From Octopus bimaculoides (lineage: Eukaryota): 64,000 bases of DNA. A program made the position numbers and the translations under genes. Positions 1 through 11,500 of the stretch are shown here, piece by piece (positions within the stretch are counted from its first letter, which is position 1; the number at the start of each line of letters is the position of its first letter). The notes under the pieces were generated by a model, which made no database searches, was not told the origin of the DNA, and worked only from the letters and a program-made list of their open reading frames with translations. Where the stretch lies: positions 39,664,141 through 39,728,140 of the forward strand of contig NC_068981.1 of assembly GCF_001194135.2 (NCBI RefSeq). The letters are read 5' to 3'.

Positions 1-160
1 ATATATATATATATATATATATAAATATATATATATCCATAAATTTCTAACTATAAGTAAACACGCACGGTCAATGTAGTGAATATAAGAAAAATAGGCC
101 TAATTTATTTGTATATATTTTGTTTATTTAGATTAAGCTTGCTGGCTTCTTTATTATTAA

Positions 161-161
<1 letters not shown>

Positions 162-225
<64 letters not shown>
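162..225. repeat. (TTA)n microsatellite; an (AT)n tract also occupies 1-36
   Basis: Direct perfect repeat. Confidence 0.97.
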
Positions 226-228
<3 letters not shown>

Positions 229-307
229 TTAATTTAATAATGGCAATAATACTTAGCCATGTGATTAAATAATAAACTATCATTGTTGTTGTTATTATAA
301 TTATTCC

Positions 308-472
308 GGAGCCAAACTGACAAGATCATTAGCGCGTCGAACAAAATGCTTACAAACTCTACATCATGCACATTATATTCTAAGTTGAAATACCACCGCT
401 GTCAACTTGGCCTTTCATTCTTTCGATGACAATAACATCAAATACCAGTCGACTAGCATTTTCCCGACAAAT
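308..472 (+). mobile_element. Decayed tRNA-derived SINE, family A (head ...gatcattagcgcgtcgaacaaaatgctta..., core gtcaacttggcctttcattctttcg)
   Basis: Shares head and central motifs with better copies at 8300-8507, 38466-38890 and 59379-59593. Confidence 0.65.
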
Positions 473-475
473 TTC

Positions 476-600
476 TCTTCTTCTTCTTCTTCTTCTTCTT
501 CTTCTTCTTCTTCTTCTTCTTCTTCTTCTTCTTCTTCTTCTTCTTCTTCTTCTTCTAATCACCATCATCATCATCACCACCACCACCACCATCACTGCCG
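476..600. repeat. (TTC)n followed by (CAT)n/(CAC)n microsatellites
   Basis: Direct repeat; explains ORFs 380..616, 407..676 and 426..629. Confidence 0.97.
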
Positions 601-3600
601 CCGCCATCATCTTCATTATTTTAACATAGTACGTTATCTAGCGGCTACGCACGTTTACCTTCAACGTGGAGCCTAAAGAAATATACACGAACATACAAGC
701 CCACGGTTTTATCGCAGGCCAACTTCAAAGGATTTGCGATTTCCTCAGGATCCCAATAACCTTCATTCTCTCTGAATCACTTTTGAAGTGACAGTTATTT
801 CTATAAATTCACAAAATATAATACAATTATAGAAAACACACAACTTATCAATAAAACTTATTTCTATACGCATGTCTTGCGGGAATAAACAAACTGATGG
901 TACTACCTACCTAAAAAGTTAACAAAATTGCTGGAGAAATATTATTGTTTATTGTACCATGTGTATGTATTGAAAATTTAACTAATATACACGCGTTGTT
1001 TATATAGTTATTCACGTATGGGAAAATATTGGGCTTTGGTTATTCAAGTAAATATCAAAATGTTTTCAGAAAATATTAGTTTGACATTTCATGATATACG
1101 AAGTACTTAATCACGCTATTAATTTTTAAACAATTAATGATTGCTTTTCTGAAGATATTTCTAGATTCTGTATTTATAGAGGATTATGTAGGAATTATTC
1201 TAGTCATTGTATTTCTTGCCGAAGGTATTTAAAAATATGAAATATACTGTGCATTTTTCCCATACAAACCAAACAATTGCTTCATTTAAGTCAGGTATTT
1301 CGCATAAAAACCTCATTTATATTAATGTTATGGGAAAATATTTCTGGTGTAGATACTGTATTACTGTGCTGTCTTTTTACCTGCGCTTTTTGCAAATTAT
1401 ATTATAAACACAGATAATAACTATAATGTATAACCTGGAAGTTAATCAAAATACCAGTCAAACTATAAAATGTAATGTAATTATTAGTGAAAGAAATGTT
1501 TGAAGTATATCAAATTTTCTGACGATATTTGTCACGTTTTAGTACAGAGAGGAAGAGTTTCAAAACTATTTTCCCCAGACAATTGCCATCGCATTTATAT
1601 TATTGAATTTCTGTCATATAGTTATTTTCAAAACTGCACTGTAATTCTTAAATGTTGCAAACAACAAAATGTTGTTGAACATTATCCGTTTAATTCGTTT
1701 CTAAATTCAGAAGATCACGTAAATGTTCCTTTTTACTATTATTCCATATTAGTGTGGTCCTCTCGAATCTCTAGATAAACAAATTTAGTTGCATTTATTC
1801 GTAAACACATGACTTGATGATATATTGATTTTTACTTTCTACATCAAAATGGAAGATGCAATAAATGTCATATAATCTATGTCTCTTTAAATTTGCCAAA
1901 ATCTTTTCAGTCATAGTACTATTCATGATTTTCTTGACCATTTACGAGGGTAGAAGTGAATTGATTTCAACCTAGAGCCACATTGCAACAATATATTGGG
2001 TTCAACTTCATCGATCATACTCTTTTATATAATAACTGGACAACTTGAAACTGGTCAAAATATCAATAATAAAGTTCGTAAGAATACATCATTTTTAGAA
2101 TGAACCACTCTTTGTTTCCAGATCACTGAGACGTGTCAGGTTTGAAATATGATATTTAACAATATCTTGCCTTTCCAGGCCTTACTTCTTTTTTCTTTTC
2201 TGTTGTTTTCACAAAGCAATCAATTTTCTAAATGTTTGATTTTTTGCAATTACAATCGACCTTCTGTTCAAAACATATATCCGACTAATTAGCTAAATCG
2301 ATAGGTTTCATTATAGGTTGCCAGATTGACTGCCTTTATCTTACTATTTACGTGATATTTCAAAAAAGATTGTGTTAATGAGATTCATCAAATTTCCTTT
2401 GAACTTAAAAATGGTAGGAGATCAAGAGCATCATCAACTAATTTCTATCATTGATAACTTGTACTGATTTCAAGAAAAGATCTGTTTTATCAGTAGAACC
2501 AAACCAGTAAAATTGCACGTTACTGATGGTTGTTCTACTATTTTTTTTTTATTTCTACTTGGTTCTTTAATGGAACATAGCATTTACAAACTAATTATTT
2601 TCATCGTTTCATTAACTTCACAAAGTATAACAACTTTTGGGAATGTTAGGCACAATTAAATATGTTCTAAAATTACAACAACCTTTAATAAATATATAAA
2701 TGTACAATTATTTCGTACAGAAACTTGTTACAGTTCTTTTAAAAATGTACTTGTTATGTAGCCAAAATATTTCTGCCAACATACACGCCCAATCATTTGC
2801 AACTGATTATTGATATATTGACTACTGCTGAGCTGTCACTTTAATTCATGTAATATGAAAATATACGCAAAAGTTTTCTTTATCTTCAAAACATATTAAG
2901 TTTTATTGAAGTTCGAAAACTTTCTAACGACAAACTTATATTATTCTCTGTGGGTGCAACTGAAATAATTCAGGCTTACAATATATAACGAAAAAAGAAA
3001 ATGTCCAACCGTACAAAAAGGTGACGGTCGAAAACCAATTATCAAGAATTATTTATATTCTAAGATACGACGAATATAGTGAAATTACAGTTACAGATAT
3101 ATGCCAACAAGTGATTCTAAGTGAAATTCGTGTTAATGATCATCTTCAGCAAAGTCATATGTGACCCCCAAGAAAAAATTGTCATCTCATCTCTATTGTC
3201 TACTCAACCGGCAAACACATTTTTTGAATGTCTGATTTCGTTTTCTTAATTTTATATATGCGCCATATTTCCTTGCAGTTGACAAGATAAATAGCAAGCA
3301 TCTGACAGTTCAATCGACTCTACTCCTCCCTATGAATTTCTGCTTGTTGTTACTACTGTTGTTTAGGTCTGTGCTGATCTTGGGCGTTGTAGCTATGACC
3401 AGCTGGCTTTTCTCTTTTTTCTGTTGCTTGCACAGTGCACTGAAAGCAACAACATTTTCCAATGTACTTTTACTAAGACGGTAAGTTTTGAATTTAGAAA
3501 AATGTAGATTGACAGGTTTCAATTTCTAAGAGGCTGAATGATCAGCTGAGACCTCCTTGACAAAATTCCAGTTTTGATTCTTTTTTAAGATTTAAGTATT

Positions 3601-4450
3601 TGAAATCAAATTCTGGCTTTGTTTTAATGTATATTATTCCATTAGTGAACTTTTCTTCATTTTTATTGAATATCTATTTATATATGCATCACATTCCTAT
3701 TATAACATATTTTGCAAACATAACCTTTACCGAGTGAACATGTTATTGGAAACATAATATAGTTGTTGGAGGGGTTGATTCTTTCTGAAACAGGTTCTTC
3801 ATACATATTAGTATATTTATTCGTATCTCGTGCGTAGGCTCGATATATGTTACCCATCGAAATAATCTCGTTGCATTGTATCATGGCAAACCTCAATATC
3901 TATATAAGCGTGGAAGATGTACATAAATCACACTGATATGCAGAGTTGGATAGTAATATATTTTCTTCACTTAAAGATCAGCATCACGTAACTAATTTGA
4001 TTTCTTTTGAAATCCTTCTGATAAATCAATTTTAGAGAGATAATCAAGTAAAGTTTGAATACCATATTCTGAATTCCGAAACCCTAACATTATTCAGTAG
4101 CATCAGATGGTCTGAACTCTTAAACTGTCAAGGCTCTTTTGGATTGAAATGATTAATGAAACGTGAAGCTGGTCTCTAGAGGATAGTAGTTTTCTTTTAT
4201 ATATTTCTGGCTCTAAAGTTACAATATTTCATCTACACGATTAGGTTTCATCTAGTATTCTATAGTTAAGCATTCTGCTAAACACAACGTGTTACAAATG
4301 TAATACTACCTCTGCACAAATGTTGTAAGAGTAGAACGGTTCGATGAACTGTAACTGAAATATTCATATATAAACTATGAATGCTTGAAAAAATAGAAAC
4401 CTTTTGCAAGACAAGTTTAGCTGAACAATATATTTCCTTCTGCTACCAGA

Positions 4451-4562
4451 CTGAGTTACATGTTTCGGATCGGTCATGAATATTTAGGAAATAGAAAGAA
4501 TAAACTAATTGACGTTTGAAAGAACTATCATAGCTACAGCTGTTTCGGTTCCTCAGTAGATG
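4451..4562 (-). ncRNA. Two decayed Penelope-type hammerhead ribozyme remnants
   Basis: Minus strand reads CUGAGGA-A-CC-GAAAC-AGCUG-UA-GCUAUG (4529-4562, stem II deleted) and CC-GAAAC-AUG-UA-ACUCAG (4451-4468). Both have palindromic stem III (ACAGCUGU, ACAUGU) and a GUA triplet. Confidence 0.4.
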
Positions 4563-4785
4563 TAGAATAGCCACAAGATTAATTTGGAACTAACGACTGA
4601 TCTTGGCTACGTGAAACATTTAACGTATTAGAAGAAATTATCTAATTTTACTTATATTTAAGTTATTAGAATTCCTTATACAAATTGTAGTGCTATAATT
4701 TTCTGGAGTTAAATATTTTGTAATATGCGGGAAAGGCTCTTATTGATAAAATAATTAAGTCTTGCAGAGCGAATATATTTTATTT

Positions 4786-4789
<4 letters not shown>

Positions 4790-4869
<80 letters not shown>

Positions 4870-4872
4870 TGT
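4790..4872. repeat. (TA)n(TG)n compound microsatellite
   Basis: Direct repeat. Confidence 0.95.
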
Positions 4873-5837
4873 TAGTATACATTCATAGAATGAAATTGAA
4901 TCAAAATAATTCAATACTCATTATACAAAAGTCCTAACAATTAAACTTTATAGAGTCATGATAAAACTTGGTAATATATAGTAGAAAGATGGAGAAATCT
5001 ACATTGTCAACCCTATGTATTTCATATCAAGAAGTGAACACTAGTCGGGCACAGTTTGAAATAATTATATCAAACAAGACTGTTGTTCTTGTACAGTTGA
5101 TTTAATAGCATTGATTTTTCAGAACATCAGGTACTATTCATTTCAAGGGAATTTAAACAATACAAACAAAACGGAATAGCATATGAAGTTGCTAGGGGCG
5201 CTAGAAAGTTTGCTGCCCCTGTTACCACGAAGAAGGAAACATTAATGGATTTTAATTGAACACCACATTATTTTTTAACTGACAATATAACAATAGTAGA
5301 GAAATCACGAAAGGTGTTTCAGCTTAAAAGAGTCATTAATTATTTTACTAGAATTCGCTTTTTGTTGATTTTATTCAGTTTATCTTTTTATGTTGTTGTT
5401 AATAGTAGTGCTGATGTGTTTCTAGCTACTTTTGTTAATGGTTTTCTTTTATTGATATACTACTAGTAAGATTTGTAATTACAGGAGCAGTTACTGCTGC
5501 TGTATTAAACGCTTTTATATAGCCGTAGCTATAAAACTGAATAATATAGTTTGGGGTGTAACACATATAAATGAATATAAGTTTAATTGCTTTACACATG
5601 ATAGATCACTATTCAATTATTCTGACATCAATATCGTTGAAACTTCTACTCTTTATTCTTTAGTTCTGTTATATTCTAGAAATGTAGCGAAGTTTTTATA
5701 ATACATTAAAGTACTGTGTAGCAACAGTTCTTTATAGCTGTTCTTTGTAAATTAGTTTCAGGTTTTGGTGCAATTTTTTGTGACGTTTTGATACAGTGTT
5801 ATTATAATTGTTGACTTTCATGCCTTTCTCAAATATA

Positions 5838-7059
5838 CAAGGGTCGGCTGAAAAGTTCATAGGCTGATCAAGATACTCTTATAGAATGTAACCAAATGAG
5901 GTTTATACTTCAACATTGTCCTCCTTGAGGTCCACACTTTTTCCATCGGTATAGCTGTAGTTGCATCGCATTAGTGAAGAAGCTTTCTTTTTGTTTATCA
6001 AAACAGTTATCAATAGCAGATATCACGTCATCATCACTGCGATACTGGTTCCCAGTCAAGTGTTTTTTCATGTTGTGGAACAGATGATAGTCAGATGAGG
6101 CATGTCAGGAAAATAGGGAGAATGATCCCCCAGTTCAAAGCCACAGTCACGCACAGCAGCCGCCAAAGTCAAGGACTTGTATGCTGGAGCATTTTCCTGA
6201 TGAAAAAGGCCCCGTTCGTCAGTTTTCCTGAGCATTTTTTCTTGATAGGCTTTCGTAACTGGTTCAGCAATGTGACATGGTTCTCTCCATTGATGGTGTG
6301 ACCCTTTTTTGAGGATATTTAATAAAGACAATGGTTTTTGCATCTCAAAAAACTGAAGCCATCACCTTCCCTGCAGATGAAAGAACCTTGACTTTATTTC
6401 AAGCAATTGAGGAGGTGTATTTCCACAGCATGGATTGTCTATTTTTTGGGGGCTCAAGGTGTTGAATCCAACACTCATCTTCTAATTCTAGCTTAGAAAA
6501 GGTTCAAGGAAACCAGCGGAATCTGCCTCAAACAATGCCAGCATTTCCCGTGATCAACCTGGTGCGCTTTGCATCAGAAGACGTGGCAGCCACCGAGCAA
6601 GAAACCTTCGTCATGCCAAGCTCTTTGTGCAGAATAGTCTCAACTCTTTCACGGGATATACTAATAACATTGATTATCTGACTCATTATTAATCGTCTGT
6701 CATCCATCACCATGTGGTAAGTTCGATTGATGTTTCCTCAGTGGTAGCAGTTGGATCAATCTCAAGATTCTCCCTTCACTTTCTAAATTCAGCTGCCTAC
6801 TTTTGCCCTGCTGATAAAGCTGGAACAACATCCCCTAACTTCGTAACAACGTCAGTATGAATGTTTTTTTGCAGGTACTTGATAACAGTACGATGCCAAA
6901 TTTTGTCGATTTTCAAGGAAAGTCGCTACTAGTTACGTTTGACTGTTAGATATCATTTTACATGGAAAGAAAAAAAAAGCAGTTATTAAGAAGAATTGAA
7001 ATTAATTTATTCAAAATTTCACAGCTCTAGTACCACTGTTTCATATGAGCCCACCCTCG
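5838..7059 (-). mobile_element. Near full-length decayed mariner transposon (~1.2 kb)
   Basis: TA-flanked imperfect TIRs (TA-caagggtcggct at 5836; agcccaccctcg-TA ending 7061). Minus-strand fragments DDRRLIMSQI..ISRERVETILHKELGMTKVS (6528..6713) and LFHQENAPAYKS...RDCGFELGDHSPYFPDM (6068..6343) match mariner HTH, HDNAPAH and HPPYSPDL motifs; frameshifted. Confidence 0.93.
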
Positions 7060-7913
7060 TATTATAACGTGAATAAGCTGCAATGTTTACATTGTAACTG
7101 CGTCGACTGAACAAGGTTTATATTTCTGCAAGTTCACTGTAATAATGGAAACAGCCGTTGTGAAAATTATTACTTATTATTGGCTATTTTTACAAAGATT
7201 TTTCGTTTAGTTAAGCACAAATATTTTCTATTAAAGCAAGCAGAAAATGGAATAATAGAAATGCTTTAGTACTTTCTATTTGCATTCCTGATGTAATTGA
7301 AGCAGGTTTATGTTTTCCGAATAGCTATACATGGCATAAACTTCGATTCACTATATAGTTAACTCGTGCTATATTGCCCCTGATACGTTCTTGTTAATAA
7401 TTCAAAGTGTTGCTCATATAGCTATACAAACAAAAGTTGTGTTAAGGTTTTAGATTTTAGCTTTTAAAATTTAACTTTCGAAATATATGTCTATTTAAGT
7501 GAATTAGTATAGGGTGTGACTTGCTTAAATCATGTTATATAATTTTATTATCAAATAATATTTTCAATAATTCTCAGATCACTTTGAGAAATATTGTGAG
7601 TTTAAACAATGAAATATGTTTAATTTTATAATTGTTTTTAATATGTTTGATCATTCGACGTTTTAAACACACGGTTTTTTTCCTATAATGTAATATCTAA
7701 ACATGAATAATTTTGCTTTTCAATACACATTTTATGCATATAAAGATAATTTAATAGTGCTTACTAAATATAACAAAGGAAACTGAAATAAAGAATCAAA
7801 TGCAGTAGCTATTCCTTTTATGAGGCTATCTAAATACAGTTTCACTAATACTATATGTCATACATACTATTGAAAAACGTAATATATAAACAAACGTGAT
7901 ACGAAATAGTCTT

Positions 7914-8520
7914 TTAATAACAGAAATAATATTGGTTTCAAATTTTCGCACAAGGTTAGCAAGTTTGGAGAATAGTTAAGTCGATAACATTGATCCAGTG
8001 CTCAACTGATATTTATTTTATAGACCTCGAAATATGAAAGGTAAAGCTCACATCGCTGGAATTTGAAATCAGAACGTAAAACCGACAAAATGCCGCTATG
8101 CATATTGCCCGATGTGCTAACGATGCTGCTAGCTCACCGCCTTAATAACAGAAATAACATTGGTTTCAGGTTTTGGCACACAAGACCACATTTTTCAGAT
8201 GAGGCAAGTCGATTATATTGACCCCAATGCTAAACTGGTACTTATTTTATCGACCCAGGAGTACTAACGAATCTGCCAGCCCGGCAGAATTATTGGATTC
8301 AAATTTTGGCACAAGGCCAGCAAGTTCGGGGGTGTGGAGGAAGTTGATTACATCGATCTCAGTACTCAACTGGTACTTATTTTATCGACCCCGGAAGCAT
8401 GAAATGTAAAATCGACCTTGGCAGAAATCGAACTCAGAACGTAAAAGCGGACGAAATGCCGCTAAGTATTTTGCCCTGCGTACTTACGATTCTTCCAGCT
8501 TGCTACTTTAATAACAGAAA
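7914..8520 (-). mobile_element. Tandem array of three family A SINE units (middle unit internally deleted)
   Basis: Repeated block ggtttcaaattttggcacaagg...ctcaactggtacttattttatcgacccc...gaactcagaacgtaaa...ctaacgat; ttaataacagaaa recurs at 7914, 8142 and 8508. Confidence 0.85.
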
Positions 8521-11500
8521 CAACATTTAAAATATATATACAGAGATAGAATAAATCTATGTAAAGATGAAATTATGATTACGATTCACATAATTTGAGA
8601 CTTTTCAGCATTCGAAGAAAAATCAAACGTAAATGAAACAAAAGTGTTTCTATGGGTTTTCATTTATGTATAGTTTGACTCTTTAACAAAATTCTTGATA
8701 ATGAAGTGGCATAATCATCTGCAAAATAATTTTCCTATCTAAATTCTAATTTTACTCTAAGATTGGGCATTAAATTCATTTTGTTTTCCAAGTTCCATTT
8801 GTTTTAAAGAAATACAGCTAATGTTCTCAATTTATGGACCTGGATAATACTTATAAGTATAAGGAACATATGCACCTCCATCAAATTATAAAATTAGGTA
8901 TAAATTAAGATGCTTTCCAATTTTAAGTCTTTGCATCATAAATGTACACTGTAATTCATTATTACAGCAAATTGCAGTTCTGTGCCGATTTTAGTATGAT
9001 TATGGATTATAGCATAACATGACACACGTATTTGCCCATACCATGATGGCATGGGATTTGCTTAGATTTCTACATTCTTTAAGCACATAATCAAAAACGT
9101 TCACTTTCTCATTAATAGTTTGTCTAGAATTCATGTTGGCTAACGCTCAGGTGAATTCTCTTTTGTGTTTATATATGTGGTTACAGAAACAAAATACAGA
9201 TATGGACAGAGGCTTTTAAATGTGATAGAGAATGTCAATGGTTAGGACCAAGAAAATATGAATTTAAACTCTTACTGCATGCGGCCACATATTTCTAACT
9301 GTTTTTTCTTATTACTTGCTACTTCATTCATGTCTGATGTGCAGCTACTATTCGTTCTAATATCTCTTCAGGAGAGATAGCTAGTCCTATCCACGTATCA
9401 CGACATTGTTTTGTAATAGGAGGGGAGCTTAGAATTAACTCATTTGTAGCAGTAAGTCCAAAATATCGATCTTTGGAAACATGGTTTTGTGTATCCCATT
9501 CTCAAAGAGATTAGGCACTATGAACTTGTCTGCTACCACCTTATCTTTCTAATTGCCAACATCATCAATGTAATTGAAACAGAAAACTATTATTAGCGAC
9601 TTTCTCCTTAACTTTGACTCAATCTTTGCGCTTTGATTTCAAATATGGCCGAGATCAAATCTATCTTTCATTACTTTTGGTTCGATAAATTATTAACAGG
9701 ATTGTTGTCTCATGTACTCCACAAAAGCTTTACCTAAGTTTATACATTTTAGAGAAACTCTCTACGCGCAGACCTTTCATTTCACCGTATGGAGATACAC
9801 GCAGACCTCACATAATACGTATAGTACATCCTATGGTTGATGATACGAGAAGCACCTCGAAATTGATGATTTCACGATACATTTTCCATGGAGATGTATT
9901 CCTTATTCTAGAACCGTATATTGAAGGGAATTTTTAAAATGTTTCGATCAATTTCTATACTCGAATTCTTTTCACAATATTATTTCAACTCTTCAAGGCT
10001 TATCAGCTTCTTATTTTCAAGATATTAGAAATTAATAAAATATTTTGTTTTTTATTTTACTTTATTTAGAATGAATTGCGTCGTGCATTATCTTCGTTAC
10101 TCTATATGTCAGTAGTACATTTCAATACATTTTAAGTATCACATAGTTACTATTAAGAAAATTAGTTAATTAAAATTCAAGAAAATCTTTTCAAAAGTCA
10201 TAAGAATTTTGTAAACTTTCGAGAGAATCTAAAATAGTTCTTTTTTTATCGTAAAGGGTTTTTCAACCCAACATTTACATGATATTCTTTATAGCGGTAT
10301 ATAATGTACTTCTTGAACCGTTATTTCCCGCCAAAAAAACACTTCAAGAGTAATTTAAGCAATTCAGTGTCGGTACACTTTAAATGAATAATTAATACTT
10401 TTATATACCATAACCATGAGATGTAGAGCGCACACAAGCCATTGAATAATCGTTTAAAATCTGAGAATTATTTGCTATTAGAATATGACTCTAATAAGTT
10501 GTCACAGAGCTAAATAAGAACATACTCAGAGGAAGTGTTTAGAAGACAGATATTAGGAGTGCATTATTTTTATAAACACCATCGATTGTGTTACTGATAT
10601 TTTGGATTAGTTGGTGATTACTTGTTTACAAAGTTGAGAGTAATATTTTCTGTGATAAAAGCTATTGTAGAAGTACATAGCCGTATTCAGCAGAAAGTGT
10701 ATTCATATCTGTTAACTGTACACGAATACACGATAATCAATTATTGTGATTCAGGAATGAATTAACAAATCATATTGTTATACAATTAAAAATCTGAAGT
10801 AAAGACAGAATTATTGTTATATTATATATTTTACGAAAACTTATTATATCTTTATTATGAAATGTAAACTAAACAGTGTTGCTTATGATTTTGTAATTCT
10901 TTAAATATCAAAACTCTAAAAAAAATATGAACTGCTGTTTTTTCGATAACAAGCAAGCAGTGCAATATAATATCTTCAATAAATATTTCTAAACTATGTT
11001 GTTATGTTTTAGATTAAGACAAGAATGGTAAAGCAGAAGCATGATCATTAAAAATCAAAACAAAATATGGCTGATCGTTATTGATGGAATTAGAGCAACG
11101 GAATTTTGAAGTAAAATCAGAATGACAGACATGACAAACACGATAAATATAAGCAAGTGTCAGTGAGAAACAATATAATGTAATATTGCATCTTAGCTGT
11201 CAAAACATTCCTTAATTCTATGTGATCAAGATTAGTAATGTATGCTTCAAACCTATTATACATCTATATCACGAAACAGTCAGAGATATTCTCTAAATAA
11301 AGCTTAGAAAGTATTCTAAAAAAAAAAAGAATAATAACAGGCATTTAATATCTCTTCTTCACAAATACCAAAAGGACATATATACAGATTTACAAGTGAT
11401 GTAATATAATTTTTAAATTATTAAGTTAGAATTTAAATTCTCCACGTTATTTATTTGTACTGCAATTATTATTTTCTGTACATCGCACATAACAAAGTTA

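Noticed and set aside
380-676. Poly-R/S/L/H ORFs (also 15715-16008, 18973-19613, 63474-63759)
   Set aside because: Translations of trinucleotide and dinucleotide microsatellites.
3279-3480. Plus-strand exon (ttgcag acceptor, gtaagt donor) with a hydrophobic frame
   Set aside because: The hydrophobicity is the antisense of an A-rich decayed minus-strand ORF; no supporting exons.
5440-5600. GPCR TM6-like peptide KAIKLIFIYMCYTPNYII on the minus strand
   Set aside because: Only 54 codons, wrong spacing, no NPxxY motif or other TM segments.
7914-8520. CRISPR-like array
   Set aside because: Eukaryotic context; the intervening sequences are homologous SINE units rather than unique spacers, and there are no cas genes.
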